Origin: Mustelus asterias | Taxonomy: Eukaryota | DNA length: 64,000 nt | Reading direction: 5' to 3' | Assembly: GCF_964213995.1 (NCBI RefSeq) | Contig: NC_135808.1 | Location: forward strand, 34,472,001 to 34,536,000 | In this document: positions 46,100 to 57,250 of the stretch, piece after piece | Layout: each line of letters starts with the position of its first letter | Position numbering within the stretch: the stretch's first letter is position 1 | The notes under the pieces: model-generated | The model's database searches: none | The model's input: only the letters and a program-made list of their open reading frames with translations | Told to the model about the DNA's origin: nothing | Position numbers and translations under genes: made by a program

Positions 46100-49000
46100 G
46101 CGGTCCTACAGTCAAATAACCACCTTGAGAGTTTCGTCTCTAAATGAGGCCACTGGCTGTTTTTTCAACCCGGCCTTTAACATCTGGACTGCTCTCTCCG
46201 CTCGCCAATTTGACACCGGGTGGTAAGGTGCCGTCTTGATGTGCTGGATCCCATTTGATTTCATAAATTTTGTGAACTCTAGGCTGGTGAACACTGAACC
46301 ATTATCGAAACTAATAGCTCTGGGATCCCGAGGTGTGCAGTTTCTCAACGGTTGCCATCGTGTTTGCCGAATTTAGTTTATAGACGTCTAACCACTTTGA
46401 ATGGGCATCTATTATCACCAGAAACATGGACCCCACAAACAGGCCTAGAAAATCGACATGGAGTTGTGACCATGGTCTACCTGGCCATTCCCATGGGTGC
46501 AGCAAGGCTGCCGGTGGTGCCATCTGCCCCTGTTGGCACTTCTGGCACTGTCCTACCAGTTTCGCTATGTCTGCGTCCAGATCTGGCCACCAGACGTAGC
46601 TCCTGGCCAGCATCTTCATTATTGATACTCCAGGGTGCCCATGGTGTAGTTCGGCCAGAATGGCCCGACAGCCCTGCCTTGGGACGATGACCCGTGCTCC
46701 CCACAGCAGGATCCCGTCTTCCACCGTGATCTGCTCCCTTCTGCTCCAGTATGGGTGGAACTGTGGATGGACCGGTCTTTCCAGCTGCCCTGTTAGCACC
46801 AGGTGCTTTACCTTCGCCAATACAGGGTCTTTCTGCGTCCACTGGCGTATATTGTGTGCATCCACTGGGAGGGTATCCGGAAAGTTTAATGTCATCACAG
46901 TCTCTTCCATTCTGGGTACCAATGGTGGGGTGTCCGGTAACGGTAGCCGGCTTAAGGCATCGGCATTTGCCACTCTAATCCCTGGTCGGTGTTCCGATCG
47001 ATACTGATATGCTGCCAGCAATAATGCCCAACGCTGGATCCGGGCTGACGCTATCGGCGGCACTGCTTTGTCTTCCTTCAGTGGGCCCAGCAAAGGTTTA
47101 TGATCTGTTACGATCATAAATTTTCACCCATATAAATACTGGTGAAATGTTTTGACTACAAAGACTGCCAGTCCTTCCTTTCCAATCTAGGCTTATCTTC
47201 GCTCTGCCATTGCCAGGGCCCTGGAGGCATACGCTATTGGCCGGTTTTGTCCGTTCTGCCACCTGTGTGCCAGGAATGCACCAACTCCATATGGGGACTC
47301 GTCACAGCTGAGTACCAATTCCTTATAATGTATCAATACATTTTTGGATGAGAGTTGCTGTTTAATTTTCTTGAAGGCCCTGTCCTGGTGGGCCGACCAT
47401 TCCCAAGTTTGTCCCTTTTTTAGCAGCTGGTGGAGGGGATCCAGAATGGAGGCCCTATTCTGTATGAATTTCCCGTAGTATGTTAGTCCTAAAAACGACC
47501 ATAGCTCCTGGATGGTTGTGGGAGCCGGGGCGTCTTTTATTGCTCGCACCCGATCCTCCAGAGGATGTAGGCCCGACTTATCCACTTTGTTCCTGAGAAA
47601 CGTTATTAGTTGTGCTAAAAAGACACATTTCTCCCTTTTCAAACGCACTCCCACTGCTACAAATCTCCTGAGAACTTCATCCAGATTCTGCAGATGTTCT
47701 GCCCTTGTTTTACCCGTAATGAGGATATCGTCTAGGTAAATAGCAACCTGTGGTAACCCCTGGAGGATGCTCTCCATGGTCCTTTGGAATATGGTACAAA
47801 CTGACGAAAATCAAAAGGCAATGTTTTATACTGGAAGAGGCCTTTCAGGGTATTTATTGTGGTGAATTTTTGCGAATCCTCGTTCTGCCCTAGTTGCAGG
47901 TATGCGTGGCTCATGTCCAGTTTTGTGAATAGGAGTCCTCCTGCCAACTTTGCGTACAGGTCCTCAATCCTGGGAATTGGGTATTTGTCTAGCTGAGAGT
48001 AACGATTTATCATCTGTTTGAAATTGCAGCAAAGGTGCACTGAGCCATCCAGCTTTAAGATAGGAACCACAGGTGCCGCCCATTCTGCGAACTGGACCGG
48101 TTTTATTATTCCTTCGTGCAGTAATCTTTTGATTTAAGAATCAACCTTTTCCCAGAACGCAAAAGGTACCAGTCGGGCTTTGCAAAACTTTGGGACAGGC
48201 TCCGGGTCGACGGGCAATTTTGCCTTGATTCCTTTGATTGTTCCTCGGCCTTCCCGAAAAATCTCCGGATATTTGTTCAGGGCCTCACTCAGGCGACCAT
48301 TTTCCAGCTGGAAGATATTTGTCCAATCTAGCTGGACCTCTTTTAGCCAATTTCGCCCTAATAGGTCCCGAACCTTCCACTACCATTAATGGGAGCCTAA
48401 CTAATTGCTTCCCGTATGCAACTGGCACATGGGTTGTACCCATCACTTTCAGTGGTTCCCCCGTATAGGCCCTCAGCCTTGCCAAAGTTTTGGTCAGGGC
48501 TAAGAGTTGTAGTATCTTGTTAAACACTGTCTCCCAGTGATCGATACGGCTGCGCCTGTGTCGACCTCCATTAAAATTGGACGTCCATTCAGTCTCACTG
48601 ACAATTTGATGAGTTCTGACTTTGTCATTGCTACGCACTGTAGCTGTTCCTCATCAGAGGTAGGGGGAGCTTCCAGGTTGTGCATTCTCCTGTCCCTTGA
48701 CCTACGTGTTCTTTTTGGCCATGTTGGTTTAGGAACATTGCTTTTCCTCTGTGCCTCCAAACACTGGCAACCATCGCAATGTTGTGTTGGGCGGGGCTCT
48801 ACAAGAACTGCTGTCACTCTGGGCTTAACCTGACCTTGTCTAGGTGCGGTTCTACAGGTGGACGTGGGCTCCCTTGTATCCGAATCCTGCCGGAGGGCTG
48901 CTATGTTGTGGCCTGCCCCGTAGTGGTAGTCCCCTAACCTAGTCTCCCTGGTGTTGGCCTCTACCTCCATCGGATTACCCTGGAGCTCATGCACTCTGCT

Positions 49001-49503
49001 TGCCACTTTTTCTAATGACAAGGCCAGCTGTAATGCCTGTTTACAGTCCAGCTGGGCCTCCGCTAACAGGCATTTCTGTACAGTCATATCATTAATTCCG
49101 CACACCAATCGGTCTTGGAGCATCTCATTTAGTGTCTCCCCCTGCATTCGCAAGTCTCCGCCGGACATCTTAGCCTCGTTAGGAAACTGATGATTGACTC
49201 CCCCGCTGCTCTAAATGTGGAATAAAAACGGTGCCTCCTCAGGATCAGGGTTGGCTTAGGGTCATAATATTCTTGAACTAAGTCTGACAACTCTTGGAAG
49301 GACTTTGTGTCCGGTGCCTCCGGGAAAGTTAAAGTGCGCATAATTGCAAAAGCTGCTGGTCCACAGGCAGTCAGCAAGATAACCCTTTGCTTCTCATCTG
49401 AGGTCATGTCGTTTGCCCTGAGGAAATACTTCATCCTTTCCACATATTGGGCCCAGTCCTCCACTGTGGGGACAAAAGAGTCCAACTTCCCAAATAGCGG
49501 CAT
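46100..49503 (-). pseudogene. Gypsy gag-pol pseudogene
   Basis: MPLFGKLDSF…EDWAQYVER (gag), MEVDTGAAVS, FTKLDMSHAYLQ, IYLDDILI, TDHKPL, HHGHPG…CQKC, DNGSVF…YHP. Confidence 0.9.
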
Positions 49504-49573
49504 GTTTTCCCAACAATGGCTTACCCTCAATATGTGCGGTGGTTCAGCAAGTTCCTTCAGGTCACTCCTTTTT

Positions 49574-49584
49574 CCTCGTCGCCA
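49574..49584 (-). other. Primer-binding site TGGCGACGAGG, complementary to the tRNA-Ser(GCU) 3' end
   Basis: Lies 1 nt inside the 5' LTR end. The tRNA assignment comes from the recalled vertebrate tRNA-Ser-GCT 3' end …CCTCGTCGCCA. Confidence 0.8.
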
Positions 49585-49769
49585 CTGAAATAACTCCATG
49601 GAAGGGGAGAGTCCCATCACCAAGTTACTTTATTTACAAACTATAATAAATATACAGAGCTTGCACTCCCGATAGCTTCCTGCTATGGCAGGCTAAGGGA
49701 CTGTCACATCTGCTTTAAATAGGGAGCATGAGGCTCCCTGATTGGACATCAATGAGAACTCATCAGGTA

Positions 49770-50380
49770 TCTCTTTCGGGTACCAACATAATAAACTAAC
49801 TCAAATTAACTTAGGGACAAAGTAAAAGGGGCGGCTCCCCAAAAGGAAGGGGGAACAGCCCGAACCAAAAACAAAGTCGAAAGGAAACTTAAAACGTCAA
49901 ACTAAAAAGTGATTATCGGGGTCGATAATACACCCCAGCCCCTGCGGCGCCCAGCGGTCGCGGAAGGCGTCAACCGCGCCCGTGGACACCGCATGCACCC
50001 TCTCCAGAGACACCTGGCCGCGAATGTAGCCGCGGTAGAGGGGCAGACAGTCGGGATGGACGGCCCCGTCGATCGCCCGCTGCCTGGACCTATTGATGGC
50101 GCGTCTCGCCAGGCCCAGGAGCAGGTTCACGAGGAGGTCGGCATCCCGACCCGCCCCTCTCCGCACCAGGTGCCCGTAGATCAGGAGCGTGGGACTGAAG
50201 TGCAAACAAAACATCAATAAGAGGTGTTTGAGGAAACCAAAAAGGGTGTGCAGCCTAAAACACAGAACGTAGACATGGTCCACGGACTCCACGAGGCCAC
50301 AGAAAGGGCAGTCTCGGGAGCCCGTGTACCGGAAAAACCTACGGTTGTACGGCACTGCTGCGTGCAGCACCCTCCACCCA
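49770..50380 (-). mobile_element. Tx1-clade LINE 3' fragment inserted in the Gypsy 5' LTR
   Basis: WRVLHAAV…CPFCGLVESVDHVYVLC zinc-knuckle region, 3' end …GAAAGAGA and perfect 16-bp TSD GAGAACTCATCAGGTA (49754-49769, 50381-50396). Confidence 0.9.
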
Positions 50381-50601
50381 GAGAACTCATCAGGTAGTTC
50401 ATCCTCTAGCAAGCCAACCTCATTAGTCTGACTGTAGTCACCACAGCGGTGTAAAGCAGCCCACCCCTTCACTATTAATGCATTCACACTCCTGGGTGAA
50501 TCAATTTCACCCTCACTGTACCTGGGTGAATGTGAGAATGTAAATCTCTCTCCTGCAGGGGGAGACATTGTAAAGTTTATCACAGGCTGGAATTGAAATA
50601 T

Positions 50602-50971
50602 ACAGTAAGAAGTCTCACAACACCAGGTTAAAATCCAACAGGTTTATTAGGCACTAGCTTTCTGAGTCTCGGGCTCCTTCATCAGGTGAGTGGGAGTTCT
50701 GTTCACAAACAGGGCATATAAAGACACAAACACAATTTACAAAATAATGATTGGAATGCGAGTCTTTACAGGTAATTAAGTCTTAAAGGTACAGACAATG
50801 TGAGTGGAGAGAGGGTTAAGCACAGGTTAAAGAGATGTGTATTGTCTCCAGCCAGGACAGTTAGTGAGAGTTTGCAAGCCCAGGCAAGTTGTGGGGGTTA
50901 CAGATAGTGTGACATGAACCCAAGATCCCGGTTGAGGCCGTCCTCACGTGTACGGAACTTGGCTATCAGTT
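50602..50971 (-). mobile_element. Penelope pLTR fragment with hammerhead motif
   Basis: Same family as 33500-33880; motif at 50652-50688. Confidence 0.88.
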
Positions 50972-51449
50972 TCAATTAAGGGGTTAGAGTGGGTTAGACA
51001 GATACCAGTCATCTGTATCGTGGATGGGGATTCAGATCCAACCCTGTCCAATAGGCAGAAAGTTTGTTCAGTCTGTTAGTTTTCAGAGTCTATTCCAGAT
51101 GAACATTCTGAACCCAACTCTCACAACATGAAAAACATTCCCGTTCAGTGTTAGTGACAATCTCAGCTCAATCCAAACAGAGTAAAGACTTTCTGATTAA
51201 AGCTCACCTTGATCTGAAATGTTAACTTTGTTTCTCCCCACAGATGCTGCCTGACCTGCCGATTATTTCCAGCATTATTTTTATAAATAAAGGAGTTATT
51301 GGAAACAGACACCAATCAGACATTTTCCTTTCAGTTTCTTATCAACATTTTGGGCACAAGTTGCTCGTGATTTCCCATCAAACTTTAATAGATCATAAAA
51401 TGTATGTGAAGTGCATCCTCATTTCCAGTAGAAACTCCTATTGGGTGAA

Positions 51450-52471
51450 GTTCCCCGTGGAGGTCTCTCTACAGAGGGATCTCCCCCCACTATGTCGGGG
51501 ACCTGGGGTGGAGGGTGCTGCACTCTTCACTGTACAATCGTAGGTTGTACCGGTTCACGGGCTCCCAAGGGTGCCCTTTTTGCAACTTTGTGGAGTCCGT
51601 GGACCATATCTATGTTATCTGTTGTAGGCTGCACAACCTTTTCAGTTTTCGAAAAAAACCTTTTATTGAAGTTTTGTTTGCACTTCAGTCCCACGCTCCT
51701 GATCTACGGGCACCTGGTGCGGAGGGAGGGGCAGGTAAGGAGGAGTAGCTCCTTGTGAACCTGCTCCCGGGTCTGGCAAGACGTGCCATCTATAGGTCCA
51801 GGCAGCGGGCGATCGAGGGGGTCATCCAACCCGACTGTCTGCCCCTCTACCGCAGCTACATTCGCAGCCGGATGTCCCTGGAAAGGGAGCATGCAGTGTT
51901 TGAGGGCACCACTGATGCCTTCTGTGCCCGCTTGGCACCGCAGGGACTGGGGTGTATTATTGACCCCTTTAATCATATTTTCATAGAAAGAAATCATAGA
52001 AACCCTACAGTGCAGAAGGAGGCCATTCGGCCCATCGAGTCTGCACCGACCACAATCCCACCCAGGCCGTACCCCCACATATTTACCCGCTAATCCCACT
52101 AACCTACGCATCTCACGACTCTAAGGGGCAATTTTTAACCTGGCCAATCAACCTAACCCGCACATCTTTGGACTGTGGGAGGAAACCGGAGCACCCGGAG
52201 GAAACCCACGCAGACACGAGGAGAATGTGCAAACTCCACACAGACAGTGACCCGAGCCGGGAATCGAACCCGGGACCCTGGAGCTGTAAAGCAGCAGTGC
52301 TAACCACTGTGCTACCGTGCCGCCCCCATGAAATTTTAATTTCATGTTTTAAGTTTCCTTTCCGCTTTGATTTTTGTTTTGGGCGGTTGCCCTCCTTTTA
52401 GGGAGCTGCCCCTTTTGGGTTGTCCCTAAGTTAATTTGATTTTGTTTATTTGGTTGGGGAAAAAAAAGAGA
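51450..52471 (+). mobile_element. Tx1-clade LINE 3' fragment containing an HE1-like SINE (~51981-52327, -)
   Basis: CPFCNFVESVDHIY, 3' end AAAAAAAGAGA and 14-bp TSD TCC(T/C)ATTGGGTGAA (51436-51449, 52472-52485). Confidence 0.88.
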
Positions 52472-52552
52472 TCCCATTGGGTGAATCTCCTTCTTGGGTG
52501 AACAAGATAAAAATCTAGCCTCTGATTTCTGGTTTCTGAAGAAAGCATCATA

Positions 52553-52893
52553 AATAAGATGATCAGAGGATTAGATAGGGTCGACAGTGAGAGCCTTTTT
52601 CCTCGGATGGTGAGAGCTACCACGAGGGGACATAGCTTTAAATTGAGGGGTGAGAGATATAGGACAAATGTCAGAGGTAGGTTCTTTACTCAGAGAGTAG
52701 TAAGGGCGTGGAATGCCCTGCCTGCAGCAGTAGTGGACTCGCCAACATTAAGGGCATTTAAATGGTCATTGGATAAACATATGGATGATATTGGAATAGT
52801 GTAGGTTAGATGGGCTTTAGATTGGTTTCACAGGTTGGCGCAACATCGAGGGCCGAAGGGCCTGTACTGCACTGTAATGTTCTATGTTCTATA
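52553..52893 (+). mobile_element. CR1 3' tip
   Basis: MIRGLDRVDSESLFP…WNALP and ttctatgttct tail. Confidence 0.9.
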
Positions 52894-52937
52894 TGCAAAC
52901 AGGGTAATTTTCCAATTTTAGCCAATTTAGCCAATGC

Positions 52938-53300
52938 AGTTTTATTCTGTATCTAAGCCCGTGCTGTAGCTCCTTGGGGAGTGTACGAGGAGAACAGTGT
53001 AGAGGGAGCCTTACTCTGTATCTAACCCCATGTTGTACCTGTCCTGGGAGTGTTTGATGGGGACAGTGTAAAGGCAGCTTTATTCTATATCTAACCCTAT
53101 GCTGTACCTGTCCTATGAGTGTTTGATGGGGACAGTGGAGAGGGAGCTTTACTCAATATCTAACCTCATGCTGTACCTGTCCTGGGAGTGTTTGGTGGGG
53201 TCAGTGTAAAGGGAGCTTTACTCTATATCTAACCCTATGTTGTACCTGTCCTGGGAGCGTTTGGTGGAGACAGTGTAGAGGGAATCTGATTGTATGTAGA
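52938..53300. repeat. 69-bp tandem repeat, ~5 copies
   Basis: Unit approximately gggagctttactctgtatctaaccc…tgtacctgtcctgggagtgtttgatggggacagtgtaga. Confidence 0.9.
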
Positions 53301-54211
53301 CCCAGTGTGTGACAGTAATGGCAGGTTTTGTAGATAAGACAGGGCTGGCAATAAACAACGACACAGCTGCTGAAGTTTTATTGCCAAGATCAAAGGGTAA
53401 AATAAACATGTGTCCTTACCTTTATCTCAAGGTTTGACCTGAGTTGAGAAGGAGGGGGTTTTGGGAAGACCTGAGGACAGAGATAGTGGCTGTCAAGCAA
53501 AAAAGCAAAATCCCAAACACAAAATTGTGACATTTTAAACATCTTGCCTTCTTGCCTTAACCTGATTCCTCTGTCAGCAGCATCTTCTGGAGAGGGAAAA
53601 GAAGGAAATGGGAAAAATAGAGATTTCCAGATATTTGTTGGGATTCCATCCTGATTTTTATCCCAATATCACAGGGCATGTTAATTGTATATTAACTGGG
53701 TGTTTAATTGAATTCTGGTACTGGGTATTAACTGGGGATTTACCTGTGCCCATAGAATATACATTGAGCAGGTAGGAGGTATATGTCTGCAATCTATAGC
53801 TCTGTACGTAAATAGTTTTATATATAGGAGCAGACTGAATGTGGTTGTTGAGATTGTAGGTAGGTACTTGATATGTAATATGTTTCTCTGTAAATTAAAG
53901 CTTGGAAGTGTATATCTCACATGTCAGTGCAGACTTGATGGGCCGAAAGGCCTCTTCTGCACTTTGTGATTCTGTAATTAGGCTCCTCACCTCCACCTGG
54001 CTGTCTGAACCTCCTGAGGAAGGATTCTGATCAATATCGATGACAGGTCATCATGAAAGAAATCATTAACCCCACTTCTCTCTCCACAGAGGCTGCCTGA
54101 CCTTTTGAGTATTTCCAACATTTTCTGTTTTATTTCTGATAAATACTGGTACATGAAGCAGAATATATATAAAGAAAGATCACTCCCTCTACTGGCCAGC
54201 GATCTTTCTTT

Positions 54212-54563
54212 AGGGGCAGCACAGTGGTTAGCACTGCTGCCTCACAGCACCATGGACAGAGGTTCGATTCTGACCTTGGGTGACTGTGTGGAGTTTGCAC
54301 TTTCTCCCCGTTTCTGAGTGGGTTTCCTCTGCGTGCTCTGATTTCCTCCCACATTCCAAAAATGTGCAGGTTAGGTAGATTGGCCATGCTAAATTGCCCT
54401 TTAGTGTCCACAGATGTGCAGGTTAGGTAGATTAACCATGGGAAATGTGAGGGGTTACGGGGCTAGGACAGGGAGGGTGGGACTGGGTAGGATGCTCTTT
54501 TGGAGAGTCGGTGCAGATTCGATGGGCCGAATGGCCTCCTGTACTATAGGGATTATATTCTAT
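54212..54563 (+). mobile_element. HE1-like V-SINE
   Basis: gcacagtggttagcactgctgcctcacagc head, core and CR1-like tail. Confidence 0.88.
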
Positions 54564-54784
54564 GGATCAGAATGGAGGTGGGTCATTCAGCTGAGAGTAT
54601 GCATGAGACATGGGGGAGAGCAGGAGGCACTGGAAACAGTAAAGCACCAACAAGAGACTGTTTAGTTCAATACAAGTAAACAGATACCTCTTCACCTCCA
54701 AAAATCTTCCTCCCACTGCTAATCTTTCTCAAATAAAACAACTCAAGGATCATGCAGAGAAATTGCGAGCAGGCTGCTATTTCA

Positions 54785-54827
54785 CCCAGAAACAGCTGAT
54801 GGAGGAAATCTGAATTTCTGATTGGTT
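54785..54827 (+). promoter_or_regulatory. MHC class II proximal promoter X-Y module
   Basis: X CCCAGAAACAGCTG (54785-54798), 19-nt spacer, Y CTGATTGGTT (54818-54827), ending 132 nt upstream of a Kozak ATG. Confidence 0.88.
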
Positions 54828-54959
54828 TATTAACGCTAAACCACATGTCAATCACAGAGTGATATTTCAGTGAGTGAGATAGAAACTTGACTGAATTCAG
54901 ACACTGACAGCAAACTGAGAGGAGCTGGGATCAGAATTGGGAGAAACAAGAGGATCACA

Positions 54960-55026
54960 ATGGAAGTTGGGACACACTTTACTGTGTTGCTGCTGGTTTT
55001 GATTCATGGAGCCTGGGCTGTGAAAT
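54960..55026 (+). CDS. Exon 1 (leader peptide) of a probable MHC class II alpha chain gene; remaining exons not found in the window
   Basis: acaATGg start; MEVGTHFTVLLLVLIHGAWAVK hydrophobic signal peptide; phase-1 donor T|GTGAGT at 55027. Resembles my recollection of the nurse shark class II alpha leader (ME…F.VL.LVLIQGGWA), which is unverified. Confidence 0.8.
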
Positions 55027-55399
55027 GTGAGTTATGAAACAGTAAATAGTTTCTAAATATTAATCTCTGATTTCACTGGACTCCGTGTGGTGTTATTACA
55101 GGAAGTGTTAATTGTATATTAATTGAGTGTTTAATTAAATTCTGGTACTGGGGATTTACCTGTGTTTATAATATACATTGAACAGGTAGAGGGTATCTGT
55201 CTGTAATCTAAAGTTCTGTAAATAAATAGTTTTATATATAGCAGCAGACTGATGTGGTTGTTGGTATTGTAGGTGGATACACAAATGCAATGTGTGTCTC
55301 TGTAAATAAAAGCTTATAATGAATAATAATTCTGCTTCAATTCTATCCTTCACCACCTGGCAATCTGAATTATAATCTGCATAGTGTGTGTTACATTTA

Positions 55400-57250
55400 T
55401 TTTGTATTTCAACAAACACAACTTGCATTTATATAGTGCCTCTTACTGCCTGAAGGCATTTTACTTGAGCTAATCAGACAAAACTTGATCCACGAAGGAA
55501 TTGCTTCAAGGGATGGCTTGCTTGGTGAAATAACTGATTTTAAATAAGTTTCTTAAAGGGGGAGAGTTCAGAGAGAGAATTTGAAAGTTTACGATCGAGA
55601 TACCTAAAGCCATTTCCACCAATGGTGGTGTGTGAGAGAGCAGAGGAATGCAGAGTGATCGGAGGACTGTAAAACTGAGCCTGGGAAAGTGAGGCCACAA
55701 ATAAATTTCAACATGATGAGAATTTTAAACTTGAGGCATTGCCAGATTGGGAGCGAATACAGATCATTGAGCACAGAAACAGGACTGGGTGTGAGTATGG
55801 ATGTAGGTAGCAGAGTTTCGGATGATTTCAAATTAATGAAGGGTGGAAGATCGGTAATTAGTTAAGGAAGCAATAGAACAGCCGAGTCAAAGGGTAACTG
55901 GTGCATGGAGGAGGGATTCAGCAACAGATAGCATGAAGCATGAGATTTCACAGAGGTTAAAGAGGCAATCTCAGTGATGGAGGGCGAATGGAGTTGGAAA
56001 CTCACCTCTGGGTCATCTGGTCACCGAGGTTATAAGCAGTCTGGTTCAACCTCAGTGAGTGACCAGGGAGGGAAATGGAATGGTTACTTGGAGACTAAAG
56101 ACAATGGTTTGATCTTCTGAATATTTATTTGGAAGGTATTTCTGCTCACTAGCACTGGATATTGGACAATGTGACAAATCAGATAGTGGAGGGGTCAGAA
56201 GTGTGATGGCGAGGCAGAGCTGGGTGTTATTAACTACAGGTGAAAACTCAAGGCAGAGTTTTGGATGATGTCACTGAGGAGCAGAGCTTGGATGTGAAAC
56301 AGGAGGGAGACAAGAATAAATCACATAGAATTACACAGAATAATACAGCACGGAATCCAGGCATTCCACCAAACCGGAACATTCCAGAGTTTATATTCCA
56401 CCTCAGATCAACCTCCTCATCCCAATTCCCTTTTCCACCATGTCCATATCTAACTTCCCTGAAATACATCCACACCATTCACTACAGCCACATCTTAGAT
56501 AACAGTGAGAGCAGAGAGAGAAACCAATGAGGAGCTCTGGCCACAGTTAAATATAGAACCAGGTGAGAGCAGTCGCACCCAGCTGGGTGACAAGGAAGAG
56601 CTATTGGAGGAGGATGGAGTGGTGTTAATCATGTGAATCAATCATGGATTGAGAAGGTGAGCTGAGGGGGACAGGAACCCCGCAGAGAGCAGAAGCACCG
56701 AGAAGGATGAGGAGGGAAAGTTCATTTTTGTCACAGTCAAATACGATATTGTTTGCGGACTTTGATAAGAATCATCTCAGTACTGTGAGAGAACCCGACT
56801 GGAAAAGGGTCGGGGGGTGTTTTTTGAAGGTGATGACATAATTTAAATAGAGAGGGACAACATCTGGAGAGAATGAACGGTGAACAATATCGGCAAACAT
56901 GGGGAGCAGGAGGGGAAGTTGGGTGATTCAGTGAGAATAGGGTTGAGGGAACAGGAGGTAGATCTCATGGACAAGGTGAGCTCAGAGAGGACATGAGGGG
57001 AGACAGGAGAGAAGATGTGAGTTCAGGGCTCAGCCAGGGGGGAACATTAATGGAAGTTTATCCGGGCAAGTTAGTGAAAGGGAGGGAAGTGGCAGAGGCA
57101 GCTGATGGGAAGGTAATAATCTTAGTGACAAAGGAATCCTTGAGCTCCTCTCACTTGTTGGAGGTGAGGGTGGAGGAGACCGGTGGGGGGAGGGGGGGGG
57201 TGCGGTGGTTGCAGGGAGGCAGTGACAGGGTTAAGAAGTTTGCAGCAGAA
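55400..57250 (-). mobile_element. Highly decayed L2-like LINE
   Basis: L2-type tail caacttgcatttatatagtgcc, and SPVSVLNDLYSLPIWQCLKFKIL resembling the L2 'TPVL..LHWLPV..RI.FK' motif. Confidence 0.6.

Larger units (their letters stand above)
45076..50445 (-). mobile_element. Complete but decayed Gypsy LTR retrotransposon (Mag-like)
   Basis: TG…CA LTRs at 49586-50445 (5') and 45076-45461 (3'); 5-bp TSD GCGGT (45071-45075, 50446-50450); PBS and PPT; gag, protease (DTGAAVS), RT (YLDD), RNase H and integrase in frameshifted pieces. Confidence 0.95.

Noticed and set aside
49750-50396. CTGATGAG and GAAA on the minus strand of the Gypsy LTR, suggesting a hammerhead
   Set aside because: The repeat of CTGATGAG is the TSD and the GAAA belongs to the Tx1 tail. 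The reconstructed empty LTR has no stem II-GAAA.
49897-50583. 228-aa ORF
   Set aside because: It reads through flank, LTR and Tx1 fragment. Only the Tx1 part is protein-derived.
51010-51023. X-box-like CCACGATACAGATG on the minus strand
   Set aside because: There is no ATTGG at 22-23 nt spacing.
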